A stretch of 45,041 bases of DNA from Actinomycetota bacterium. Its GTDB lineage: Bacteria; Actinomycetota; Actinomycetes; Nanopelagicales; Nanopelagicaceae. A program made the position numbers and the translations under genes. Shown one piece after another: positions 8,947 through 19,158 of this stretch. Location: assembly GCA_009924185.1 (NCBI GenBank), contig RFSC01000001.1, forward strand, positions 1 to 45,041, written 5' to 3'. The notes below the pieces were generated by a model. That model was not told where the DNA came from. It did no database searches and saw only the letters and a list, made by a program, of their open reading frames with translations. The stretch's first letter is position 1; every line of letters starts with the position of its first letter.

Positions 8947-9584
8947 TTCTCATCTCCTGTAGCGCTATCGTTGTTGAGAATCGGCGAAAGATTTTGAGCC
9001 TGAACTAGGCGTTCTACATACTTCGCAAGTACATCAACCTCGATATTCACCAAATCCCCTGCTTTTCTTTGCCCTAGCGTGGTCTTCGCCAAGGTTTCTG
9101 GAATTAACCAGAGTGTCACCTGGCTGGCCTGGTCTTCAATCTCTCCAACTGTAAGTGAAACACCATCAACACAGATTGAACCTTGATTCACTACATACCG
9201 GCGTAGTGACTCTGGAATCTGCACAACAAATCTCTGCCATTTATCTCCGGGTTCGCTGGCAACAACTTTTGCCACTCCATCAACATGACCCTGCACTATG
9301 TGGCCACCCAATCTAGCGTCGGCTCTAGTGGCTAACTCGGTGTTGACCTTAGATCCCGAAACTAAACTTCCTAGAGTGGTTAACTTCAAAGTTTGCACCA
9401 TAACATCTGCGGTGAAGCTGTTTTCTTTTACCGCGGTTGCGGTTAGACACACACCATTTATAGAAATTGAATCTCCCACCGCTAAATCCGCTGCCAAATC
9501 ACTGGCAAAGGTAATAAGAGCTGAGTCTTCAGCTTTAGTAATGGAGATAACCTCGCCTACTCCCTGAACTAATCCAGTGAACAC
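8943..9584 (-). CDS. ribE: riboflavin synthase alpha chain
   Basis: MFTGLVQGVGEV start and a duplicated lumazine-binding repeat. GTG start directly abuts the ribD stop, with a GGGAGG SD. Confidence 0.9.
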   Translation of the reverse strand: MFTGLVQGVGEVISITKAEDSALITFASDLAADLAVGDSISINGVCLTATAVKENSFTADVMVQTLKLTTLGSLVSGSKVNTELATRADARLGGHIVQGHVDGVAKVVASEPGDKWQRFVVQIPESLRRYVVNQGSICVDGVSLTVGEIEDQASQVTLWLIPETLAKTTLGQRKAGDLVNIEVDVLAKYVERLVQAQNLSPILNNDSATGDEK

Positions 9585-10685
9585 TTAGTGTGCGCCTCCC
9601 TCTTTTGAGCCATTGCCGATGACCGAAAATCCGGAATGTGATTTAGTGAAAATTTGAAGTTTCAAATCAGGGCCAACCTTTTCAATCTCCCCAAATGAGA
9701 GTTGCACGTGATCGGCTAATCTTGTTATTCCTAAATCAGAGATGAAGTTCGTGCCAGAGCCCAATAACGCTGGAGCAAAATAAAGTTGAATTTCATCTAC
9801 TAAGCCCGCCTGCAACAATGCGGAGTTCAATCGATTTCCAGCCTCAACCAGAATCTGATTCCAACCCAGTGAATTTGCCAACTCTAAAAGTGGCGCAAAA
9901 TCATGGGTTTTCAAGAAATGGGTTGGTGCGGTTGAATCATGCAGCTTGAAGTGATCTGGTATCGAGCTGTTTCCCATAACAACACGTGCTGGATTAATGC
10001 GGCGTCCTGATGGATTCTCAGCCTCGATAAATCTCGGAGTCAACTGCGGGTCATCAGCTAAAGCTGTTCCAGTTCCCGTCAATATAGCATCGGATTGATT
10101 ACGTAATACAGCTACATCAGCTCGTGATTCAGCAGAGGTAATCCACTTTGATTCGCCATCCTGTGAGGAGATTTTTCCATCTAAAGTAGCAGCTATCTTG
10201 GTTACAAACCATGGGCGGTTCTTCTCGACTTTACCCAACCAGGCTCGATTGGTCGAAGCCACTAACTCTTTTTGCACTCCGGAAGTCACAGTAATTCCAG
10301 CGCTTGAAATCTTTTCTGCTCCTCCAGCAGCTAATTTATTTGCATCATTTACAGCAAAAATTACTGCTGCAAAACCAGCGTTGATTATGGCATCGGAGCA
10401 GGGCGGGGTTTTCCCAAAGTGATTACATGGCTCCAAAGTAATTATGATGGCGCAATCAGAAAAATCAGTTCTGCCAGATTTCTTTGCTGCCTCAATCGCA
10501 ACGATCTCGGCATGATTGCCACCGGCGTGAAAACCAGAAGCGATTTCATCTCCATTTGAATCAACAATCACTGCACCAACAACTGGATTGGGTGCTGTTA
10601 AGCCAAGGCCCTTTTTGGACAACTCATTGGCACGCAACATCAAACGATCAAGATTGATCGCTGAGGTATCAAATCTCTGCTTCAA
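9585..10685 (-). CDS. ribD: bifunctional diaminohydroxyphosphoribosylaminopyrimidine deaminase / 5-amino-6-(5-phosphoribosylamino)uracil reductase
   Basis: Deaminase zinc motifs HAEIVAI and PCNHFGKTPPC, followed by a reductase domain. TTG start at 10685 with GGAGGG 8 nt upstream; an in-frame ATG 15 codons downstream is an alternative start. Confidence 0.9.
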   Translation of the reverse strand: MKQRFDTSAINLDRLMLRANELSKKGLGLTAPNPVVGAVIVDSNGDEIASGFHAGGNHAEIVAIEAAKKSGRTDFSDCAIIITLEPCNHFGKTPPCSDAIINAGFAAVIFAVNDANKLAAGGAEKISSAGITVTSGVQKELVASTNRAWLGKVEKNRPWFVTKIAATLDGKISSQDGESKWITSAESRADVAVLRNQSDAILTGTGTALADDPQLTPRFIEAENPSGRRINPARVVMGNSSIPDHFKLHDSTAPTHFLKTHDFAPLLELANSLGWNQILVEAGNRLNSALLQAGLVDEIQLYFAPALLGSGTNFISDLGITRLADHVQLSFGEIEKVGPDLKLQIFTKSHSGFSVIGNGSKEGGAH

Positions 10686-10814
10686 TTAAGTGCGCCCTCC
10701 GGTTGCAAACAATCCGGGGCGAAAACGGGATATCCCAATGAGACTCCCTCTGCACATGCCAAATGACATGACAGAAAAGAGTTCAATCTAGTGCGCCAAA
10801 AAAGCGCAAATAGA

Positions 10815-10955
10815 AAGTATCCGCGTTCCCTCTCATCCGGACTTTAACCGTCGGTCTTGGAGTTCCACCAAGTCCACCGTTAACTGGCTGCTAACGGGTC
10901 GCAGACTTTAACTGCCGGTTCGGAATTACACCGACCCCGGAAACGACCTGCTCAG
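10815..10955 (-). promoter_or_regulatory. FMN riboswitch (RFN element) controlling the rib operon
   Basis: The minus strand reads ...CGUUUCCGGGGUCGGUGUAAUUCCGAACCGGCAGUUAAAGUCUGCGACCCGUUAGC...GGUGGACUUGGUGGAACUCCAAGACCGACGGUUAAAGUCCGGAUGAGAGGGAACG. This matches conserved RFN cores (GGUG.AAUUCC..ACCGGC.GU.AAGUC and CCGACGGU.AAAGUCCGGAUG.GAG). It lies about 130 nt upstream of ribD. Confidence 0.9.
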
Positions 10956-10960
10956 TCTAC

Positions 10961-12607
10961 TTAATTGCCATCCCAAAGCGCCATTTCCCGCTTGAAGGGA
11001 TCAAGACCCATCGGACCTAAGTTAAGGGCAAAGGAGTGGAATTTCTTGAGTTCAAATTTAGAACCCAGTCTTTGTTTCGCCGCCTCGCGGCACTCCATCC
11101 AAAAACGTTCACCGACTTTGTATGAAATCGCCTGTCCTGGCCATCCCAAGTAACGATCTACTTCACTGCGCGCTGAGATTTCATCTAGCAGAGCACGTTC
11201 ATGAAGTAGCTTGAACGCAGACTCCGCGTTCCAGATCTTTCCATCAAAATCTTCATAACCGCAGTGCATACCAATATCGACGACGATTCTCGCTGCTCGA
11301 AGTCCCTGTGCAGATAGATAACCCATTTCATAACCTGGATCTTCGAAAGCTCCAAGTTCATCCATTAGTCGTTCAGCGTAAAGTGCCCAACCTTCACCAT
11401 ATCCCGAAACCCAAACTCTATTTCTCTGGAAACGATTTAGGCGTTCGGTGTTAATTTTCGTGGTAGCAACCTGCAAATGATGTCCGGGAACAGCTTCGTG
11501 GTACCAGGTTGAAACAATATGCCACCAGCCAAAAACCTTTCGACCCATAGTTGGAAACCAAGTTGTTCCGGGACGAGAAAGATCTTCACTTGGTCCCATG
11601 TAATAAGCAGCAGATGCGCTACCTTCCGGCGCCAAACGGGCTTCGCAGTTTTTGATTCGTGGATCAATATCAAACTCTTTACCATCTAGACGCACCACAG
11701 CGGCTTCGATGAATTCACGTAACTTCTTCAACAGCTCAGCTTCGCCTTCGACTGTATAGCGAGGATCTTTATCTAATCTATCTGCGACCTCGCGAAGTGA
11801 TGTGGCATCTGGATAAAGCTTCTTTGCAGCTACCCACATGCGCTCATTAATCATCTTTAACTGCTCAATGCCCCATTCATAGGTATCTCTAAGATCAAGA
11901 TCTGCTCCTGTGAAATGGCGGGCCCACATCTGATAGCGCTCCGCTCCCACTCCATCTTTAGGATCACTCTTTGGGGCATATTCATCACGCAACCACTTCG
12001 CCAAATCGCTGGAGGCTTTTTCAGCGCGGTGCGCAGCTGCGGTCAACTCTTGATTTGAACCGGCGGGGTCAAACTTTTTTGCAACTGCGGTGAAAGCGCC
12101 CTTAGAAAAGGTCTCCAGCTGTCCTGCAGTCGCCAATACTTGGCGCTTGGAGTTCACCTTGCCTTGTTCGGCTGCAGAGGCCAGAGCTGAGCGCCATCCT
12201 GCAAACGCCTCTTCTACCCCATTTAGTCGCTTGGTTACATTGTTAACAGTCTCTGGCTTTTCCTTATTCATCATTTCAAAAACCTGACGAACCCGGGTAA
12301 CAGGTGATGCAATCAGATTGAAAAGAATGTTTGCCTCTAATGTCTCGCTCAACTTTATTTCAGAGGAGAGACGCTCTATAGCAACATCTTTAGCGATGCG
12401 ATCAAACTCGTTTACGGGAGTTTCGGCTTGAATCGCCTTGAGGGTATTTCTGGCCAACTCCTCTTGCTTCTTGTAACCCGCCATAGAGAAATCATCAAAT
12501 TTGTCATCATGACCCGGCACGCCAAGCATGGTCGCGCCGATTGGAGAAAGTTTGATTCCCTCTTCAATGAAGTTGTCCAGAATCTTTGAGATTGGGCTGT
12601 TTGACAT
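10961..12607 (-). CDS. DUF885 family protein (metallopeptidase-like fold, unknown function)
   Basis: 548 aa containing WYHEAVPGHHLQ and GYGEGWALYAE segments typical of DUF885. GGAGAAA SD upstream. Confidence 0.75.
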   Translation of the reverse strand: MSNSPISKILDNFIEEGIKLSPIGATMLGVPGHDDKFDDFSMAGYKKQEELARNTLKAIQAETPVNEFDRIAKDVAIERLSSEIKLSETLEANILFNLIASPVTRVRQVFEMMNKEKPETVNNVTKRLNGVEEAFAGWRSALASAAEQGKVNSKRQVLATAGQLETFSKGAFTAVAKKFDPAGSNQELTAAAHRAEKASSDLAKWLRDEYAPKSDPKDGVGAERYQMWARHFTGADLDLRDTYEWGIEQLKMINERMWVAAKKLYPDATSLREVADRLDKDPRYTVEGEAELLKKLREFIEAAVVRLDGKEFDIDPRIKNCEARLAPEGSASAAYYMGPSEDLSRPGTTWFPTMGRKVFGWWHIVSTWYHEAVPGHHLQVATTKINTERLNRFQRNRVWVSGYGEGWALYAERLMDELGAFEDPGYEMGYLSAQGLRAARIVVDIGMHCGYEDFDGKIWNAESAFKLLHERALLDEISARSEVDRYLGWPGQAISYKVGERFWMECREAAKQRLGSKFELKKFHSFALNLGPMGLDPFKREMALWDGN

Positions 12608-12665
12608 GCTTTCTCCGTTTCTGAGTTCAGTTCCTTACTTTAGTTTCAGTGTTTAGTCTCTGATT

Positions 12666-12710
12666 TTCGCTTCTGGATTTCGCTTCCAGTATTCGCTTCT
12701 GGATTTCGCC
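12666..12710. repeat. 13-bp tandem repeat, 3.5 copies (TTCGCTTCTGGAT / TTCGCTTCCAGTA / TTCGCTTCTGGAT / TTCGCC)
   Basis: Read directly in the argG-DUF885 spacer. Copies 1 and 3 are identical and copy 2 differs at 4 positions. Confidence 0.9.
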
Positions 12711-12737
12711 AGAAAGAACTTGAATGCAAATACAAAA

Positions 12738-14135
<1,398 letters not shown>

Positions 14136-15413
14136 CTAACTGAGACCCTTGCCGGCCCGCGCCTGCTCCAGCTCAGAGCGCAGCAAATCCATCAATTTTG
14201 GCTTGATCTGCCACTGCTCAATCATCTGATCTAACTCCTGGACATCCGCTGCTCTTTCTGAGACCTGCTGTGAAGAGAGTGAATTAGCGGCGGATTTGCC
14301 GTCGTGGGATTTAAAGGCGCGAATCATAAGGTTTCTTGGGGTGTGCTCGCCAGCGATAAATTCAATAATCTCAGTGCGATAACCGAGCACTCTCAAGATT
14401 TGAGCGCGAATCGAATCGGTAATTATGTCTCCGACTCGCTCCTGCAAAATTCCATATCTAGTTGCAATTTTCCAAGGAGCTGGTGAAGTGCTCAATTGCT
14501 TTTGGATATCGTGATGACAGCACGGAGCTACCAATATGACAGAAGATTTACTTTTAACCGCCCAAGCAATTGAATCATCAGTTGCAGTATCACAGGCATG
14601 CAGCGCAATAGCTAAATCTGTTTTCATCGCAGGCAATTCAGCAATCTTTGTTGCAGAGAATTTCATTTCACTTGAAATATTCAACAAATCTGCAATGGCG
14701 TTATTTCGCTCGCGGCTATCTACCCGCTCATCTACCCCTAAAACCTCAGGAGATAGTCCTAATTTTCGAGCAAAGCGATGAGCCGCAAAGGTTAGGTAGG
14801 CATGACCACAGCCCAAATCAACAATTTTGAAGGAGTTCTTGTCAGATTGATCTTTGGTGTCCACTTGAACAAATTCAATGGCTAGCTGAATACTCTTCAA
14901 GAACTCTTGAACCTGTTTGAATTTGTCACTACGAGAAGGCTTTAACTTTCCATCGTGATCTGTTATCCCAAGGTGCTTGAATAACTCCTCGCCCTCGTCG
15001 AGAAGCCTATTCTTTACCCGATCATGCGATAGTTGATTGCCCTGTTTATCCGACCTGGAAACATCTGCTGGAGAAACTCTTCTAGTATTGAGTTGAGCCT
15101 GACCTGATTTGGTTACCCGCAGCGTGAACTCCACCTGATCATTTTCAATAAGTAGGTTGGCAAATCCACTCTGTATGAACTCTTCTAACTTGAGAGCTTC
15201 GGGGCGCAGATTCTTGGTTATGTCTTTTTTGCCATCATGGCTAACTACTTGCCAATGTATTGCTGACTTGATTAAGACCGGTCGGATATCAATCCGAAGA
15301 AACTGCGGTGACTTATTGCGTTGCTTGCCTGAGATAACTATTCGGCTAATCGATTGCGGGGGGCTCAGGAGAGACTGAGCTTTGACAATTCCTTCTGCCA
15401 AATCGGAAATCAC
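14136..15413 (-). CDS. class I SAM-dependent methyltransferase (Methyltransf_32-like) with a ~190-aa N-terminal domain of unknown function
   Basis: Motif I VDLGCGHAYLT, then ALHACDTATDD and APCCHH. GTG start only 4 nt after the HPF stop; exact start is uncertain. Confidence 0.7.
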   Translation of the reverse strand: MISDLAEGIVKAQSLLSPPQSISRIVISGKQRNKSPQFLRIDIRPVLIKSAIHWQVVSHDGKKDITKNLRPEALKLEEFIQSGFANLLIENDQVEFTLRVTKSGQAQLNTRRVSPADVSRSDKQGNQLSHDRVKNRLLDEGEELFKHLGITDHDGKLKPSRSDKFKQVQEFLKSIQLAIEFVQVDTKDQSDKNSFKIVDLGCGHAYLTFAAHRFARKLGLSPEVLGVDERVDSRERNNAIADLLNISSEMKFSATKIAELPAMKTDLAIALHACDTATDDSIAWAVKSKSSVILVAPCCHHDIQKQLSTSPAPWKIATRYGILQERVGDIITDSIRAQILRVLGYRTEIIEFIAGEHTPRNLMIRAFKSHDGKSAANSLSSQQVSERAADVQELDQMIEQWQIKPKLMDLLRSELEQARAGKGLS

Positions 15414-15417
15414 TCCA

Positions 15418-15768
15418 TTAGTCTACGGTGGTGTGAGCTCGCAGCTTCCGCAAACTCTCCCGATTGAAATCTTTGGCGCGCTCATGCTTTTTTCTGAGTT
15501 GTAGCTCTAACGCCTCCGCAGCTTCGTCAAAAGCCGCGAGATCGTTGAAGCCCTCCCCTTCGGCGCGAATCAGAGGTCCACTGCCATGAGTAGTTAGAAC
15601 TACTCGATGGGATTTCTTTCCAAAACGTGGATTGGCTTGATGCTTTACATCCACATCAATGCGATCAATTGGAATATTGAATCTGGCCAATCTTTGTAAT
15701 CTCTCTTCACTAATCTCAGAGAAATCCATTGCTAAAGCGGTACCGTGACTATGAATAATGATTTGCAT
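15418..15768 (-). CDS. hpf: short HPF/RaiA-family ribosome-associated protein
   Basis: MQIIIHSHG...ERLQRLARF...HRVVLTTHGSGPLIRAEGEGFNDLAAFDEAAEALELQLRKKHE follows the S30EA/HPF pattern. I chose the ATG at 15768 (GAGGAG SD 6 nt upstream) rather than the track start at 15807. Confidence 0.7.
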   Translation of the reverse strand: MQIIIHSHGTALAMDFSEISEERLQRLARFNIPIDRIDVDVKHQANPRFGKKSHRVVLTTHGSGPLIRAEGEGFNDLAAFDEAAEALELQLRKKHERAKDFNRESLRKLRAHTTVD

Positions 15769-15839
15769 CTTTACTCCTCTAGCTGTTGAGAAAGACACTA
15801 CTCCCAAGGAGCTTAGAACTCAATGGATTTCTTTAGAGA

Positions 15840-16232
15840 TTAAAGTGGGAGTAAAACCAGCGCAATAGTCAGGGTCAGGGCCAGAGCTGAGGCTTGCAGC
15901 AAAATTGAAAGAGCGGTCTTTCGATCAGCTTTGCGGTCTTCAGGACTTTGAACCCGCGATAGGTCGCCTAACTTACCTAGATTGAAAGTTCCCATAAAAC
16001 CATAAGCCAAACAGAATTTTCTCCGAGATTGAATAAAGCCAATGGAGAAAACCATTAGTGGAACAAACATCCCCCAACGTGCTGATGCCGGCGTATCAGA
16101 ACCAACTAAACCAACAAAGGTGGTTACTGAAAGAATTAATCCCAGAATCGCCACGAGTTGGCGTCGTTTAATCTCTTCTTTTCCAAGATTGCAGCTACCT
16201 GGAATGTAGGTAGGAGTATTTGCTTGGCTCAC
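15840..16232 (-). CDS. small membrane protein (3-4 TM), possibly YgaP-TM/DUF2892-like
   Basis: 130 aa. CNLGKEEIKRRQLVAILG and FCLAYGFMG resemble the N-x-G-x-x-[DE]-R...FCPxY pattern of DUF2892. The GTG start overlaps the upstream stop by 1 nt. Confidence 0.5.
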   Translation of the reverse strand: MSQANTPTYIPGSCNLGKEEIKRRQLVAILGLILSVTTFVGLVGSDTPASARWGMFVPLMVFSIGFIQSRRKFCLAYGFMGTFNLGKLGDLSRVQSPEDRKADRKTALSILLQASALALTLTIALVLLPL

Positions 16233-16393
16233 TAAAAAGCCTCTTCCAACTCTTCTTCACGATCCTCGTCATCGCTCCAAACCGCCTGCGCTTCATCCTG
16301 TTTCTCTACCCAAGACAAGAATGAGAGAACCCCTTTGAAGGCAACTGCCAACAAGGCCACAAAGGCTGTCAATCTGCGAAGCGCTTTAATCAC
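16232..16393 (-). CDS. small single-TM protein with an acidic tail (hypothetical)
   Basis: One TM helix (LTAFVALLAVAFKGVLSFL) followed by DDEDREEELEEAF. I prefer the GTG at 16393 because the track ATG at 16447 lies inside the upstream oxidoreductase gene. Weak SD, so weak support. Confidence 0.35.
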   Translation of the reverse strand: MIKALRRLTAFVALLAVAFKGVLSFLSWVEKQDEAQAVWSDDEDREEELEEAF

Positions 16394-16403
16394 AAGATAA
16401 AGC

Positions 16404-17945
16404 CTACGCCAGTTGTGCAAAACTTTCCAAGGCTGCCATCGCTGCATTATGACCAGCTATGCCAGAAACCCCGCCACCACGAACCGCTCCTGAGCCTGCG
16501 ATAAAAATTCGCTTTGAATTTGTCTCCACTCCCCATTTGCGTAAGTCGCCCTCGTCTTTCCATGGAAACTGCAAATCGCCATGAAAGATGTTGCCTCTGG
16601 GTAAGCCCAACGCCTGCTCCAGTTCTTGTGGGCTCTTAGCCTCGATACATGGATTGCCATCTGCATCATCTGCCAAATAGCTTTGAATTGGTCGCTCTAA
16701 GTATTCATTTAGCGAATCCAAAACCCGCTGAACCGCAATCTCTTTGGTGGCATCGTGATCTTCATCAAATAGAGAGGCAGGCAAGTGCAAAGCGAACAGA
16801 GTTAAGGTGTGAAAACCTGCTTTGGTAAGTGACTCATCCATTATTGATGGGTCGGTAATTGTGTGGCAATACATCTCAGCTGGAATTTCATCCGGCACCT
16901 TGCCTTGCAAGGCCTGTTCGTATGCCCTTTCTAATTGATGAAAGCTTTCATTAATTCTGAAGGTGCCAGCAAACGCCTTTTTTGGATCCATTCCGCTCTT
17001 TAATTTCGGCAACTCCTTCAAAACCATATTTATCTTTAGTTGGGATCCATCGAGTAGATCAGGAGCGGGAACTCCAGCGATTTTCTCCAGCACCTTCGGC
17101 GCACAATTTGCGAGCAGTACTTGCCCAGTAAAACTCTCTCCTGCTTTAGTTTTAATCTCTACAGAATCAGCGGTTTCAATGACTGAGAGGACCTCGGTTT
17201 CGGTCTTAATTAAGACACCTAGCTCTTCACACCGCCTCTTTAGCTCAGCAACTAGAGCCCCCATGCCTCCTTTTGGAACCTTCCACTCTCCAGTTCCATT
17301 TCCAACTAAATGATAAAGAAAACAAACATTTGCAGCATGGCTATCAGCGCTGGTAAAGGTTCCTATCAAGCCATCAGTTAAGACAATTCCCTTTACTAGA
17401 TCATCATAGAAATTATCGTGCAGGGTTTGACCTAAGGTGTTTTCAACTAACTCCACCCAAGTTAAAGGGTCAACGATTTCTTGCAACTGCGAGGCTGTAG
17501 GTAGCGGTTGCAAAAATGTTGGTGCCAAAACACCCGCAAACTCTTGAACCGCTCCATAAAAGTTGATCCATGCCTGCGCCTCATCTCCACTGCCGGTTAA
17601 TAGCTCCATCGATTCATGGCTTTCATGGTCAAAAACTCTGTTGATCAATAATCCCTGATCTTCTTCATCAAAGTAGGGAGCGTATGTTGAAACAGAGCGA
17701 CTTAAGCATTGGAAATTCAGTGATAAATCCTGGATTATTTGATCAGGAAGCAATGCCACTAAATAGGAATAGCGAGAAAGCTTGGCATCGATACCTTTAA
17801 AGGTAGAGATACTTGTTGTGGCTCCACCAACATAATCATTTTTCTCGAGGACTAGAACTTTCTTGCCAGCCAACGCTAAATAGCAGGCAGCTACCAAACC
17901 ATTATGACCGCTGCCAACAACCACCGCATCGTATTTCGGTTCCAT
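16404..17945 (-). CDS. FAD-dependent oxidoreductase, phytoene desaturase (CrtI) family
   Basis: N-terminal Rossmann motif DAVVVGSGHNGLVAACYLALAGKKVLVLEKNDYVGG. Its ~513-aa length is typical of CrtI-like amine-oxidase-fold proteins. The start is ATG 17945 (AAGGA SD) or TTG 17948. No other carotenoid genes are nearby. Confidence 0.8.
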   Translation of the reverse strand: MEPKYDAVVVGSGHNGLVAACYLALAGKKVLVLEKNDYVGGATTSISTFKGIDAKLSRYSYLVALLPDQIIQDLSLNFQCLSRSVSTYAPYFDEEDQGLLINRVFDHESHESMELLTGSGDEAQAWINFYGAVQEFAGVLAPTFLQPLPTASQLQEIVDPLTWVELVENTLGQTLHDNFYDDLVKGIVLTDGLIGTFTSADSHAANVCFLYHLVGNGTGEWKVPKGGMGALVAELKRRCEELGVLIKTETEVLSVIETADSVEIKTKAGESFTGQVLLANCAPKVLEKIAGVPAPDLLDGSQLKINMVLKELPKLKSGMDPKKAFAGTFRINESFHQLERAYEQALQGKVPDEIPAEMYCHTITDPSIMDESLTKAGFHTLTLFALHLPASLFDEDHDATKEIAVQRVLDSLNEYLERPIQSYLADDADGNPCIEAKSPQELEQALGLPRGNIFHGDLQFPWKDEGDLRKWGVETNSKRIFIAGSGAVRGGGVSGIAGHNAAMAALESFAQLA

Positions 17946-17959
17946 CAAATCTATCCTTA

Positions 17960-19108
17960 TTACAAGCTTTTTAGAATGCGGTTGAAAGCCTCTGAAATAA
18001 TCTCTGGACTGGTTCCAAAGTTGAGACGGGCAAAACTTGTATGTTTTGGACCATACATAACGCCACCATTTATCGCCAACTTGCCTCGTTCCAAAATCTG
18101 CTTTGTTGGATCATCACCTAATCCAAGATTTGAAAGATCCAACCAAGCCAGATAGCCAAAATCTGGAATCCGATAGCCGATTGCTGGTAATTGAGTGTCA
18201 ATCAAACCTCTGATTAGAGTGCGGTTTTCATTCAAAGTTGCAATAACGCCATCCAGCCATTCCAGCGAATCTCTAAAGGCAGCGGTGGCCGCAACCGCGC
18301 CAAAAAGAGAGGCGCGAAATGCTACTGAGATTGGCATGGAGTTAATCTTCTCCTTTAGCACTTGTGAACTAGTAATAATCAAGGCGCACTTCAACCCCGC
18401 GAGGTTAAACCCCTTGCTAGCGCTGGTAACAGCGATACCAACTTCCCGAGCAGCATCACTGACCGCTAAAAATGGAGTGAAGGAGTTAGGTTCATATGTG
18501 AGTGGACCGTGGATCTCATCACTGATTATCTTTACTTGATACTTAACGGCTAAATCTGCAAGTTTTGCCAAAATCTCTTTAGAGAAGATAACTCCGACTG
18601 GATTATGGGGATGACACAGAATGTGAACCTTTATTCCTTTTTGATACTCGCGCTCTACCGCATCTAAATCAAGAGAATAGTCGAGGTTGTTTTCCGCGAG
18701 TGGAACATCAACCAAAGTTGCTCTCACCTCAGCGACCCATCTCCACATGTTGTCGTAGACCGGAGAGTTAAGCATGACCCGATCGCCAGGATTTATGAGA
18801 GTGCGAATTACCTCGACCGTGCCCACGCCGACATCGGTTGCGATTCTCATCTGCGAGACATCGACATCCCAATTCCAGCGCTGTTTAGAAAACACTGCAA
18901 AGGCCTCGAACATCTCAGGAAATGGCCCTAGATATCCGGTGTCAGATCTTTCAATCATGTCTGTCAATGCCAGCTTTATTGGCTCGGCAATCGGAAAATC
19001 CATCTCTGCAACTGGAAGAGGCAGTACATCAGATGGGAATTGTCGCCACTTAACACTTTTTCTCTTGCGCAGATCTTGCAAAGACAGAGCATCAACTGAA
19101 TTGACCAT
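17960..19108 (-). CDS. PLP-dependent cystathionine beta-lyase / C-S lyase, MalY/PatB family
   Basis: KWRQFPSDVLPLPVAEMDF N terminus and the PLP-lysine motif TSASKGFNLAGLK. Confidence 0.8.
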   Translation of the reverse strand: MVNSVDALSLQDLRKRKSVKWRQFPSDVLPLPVAEMDFPIAEPIKLALTDMIERSDTGYLGPFPEMFEAFAVFSKQRWNWDVDVSQMRIATDVGVGTVEVIRTLINPGDRVMLNSPVYDNMWRWVAEVRATLVDVPLAENNLDYSLDLDAVEREYQKGIKVHILCHPHNPVGVIFSKEILAKLADLAVKYQVKIISDEIHGPLTYEPNSFTPFLAVSDAAREVGIAVTSASKGFNLAGLKCALIITSSQVLKEKINSMPISVAFRASLFGAVAATAAFRDSLEWLDGVIATLNENRTLIRGLIDTQLPAIGYRIPDFGYLAWLDLSNLGLGDDPTKQILERGKLAINGGVMYGPKHTSFARLNFGTSPEIISEAFNRILKSL

Positions 19109-19158
19109 GACCAGCAGTATGCCACTTTAAGGCATTAACTTTAAGTAACTTAGACGGA

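Noticed and set aside
12666-12710. Possible CRISPR array (also considered for 35171..35230)
   Set aside because: The units are 13-15 bp and directly tandem with no spacers. One tract is in-frame coding sequence, and no cas genes are present.
12719-12734. ARG-box-like sequence TTGAATGCAAATACAA next to argG
   Set aside because: It lies downstream of the argG stop, not upstream. The palindrome is imperfect (TGAAT/ATACA), and argG appears co-transcribed with upstream genes.
16394-16447. ATG 16447 start for the small acidic-tail protein
   Set aside because: It would overlap the CrtI-family gene by 44 nt. An internal GTG (16393) just after that gene's stop is more plausible, and the gene itself remains low confidence.
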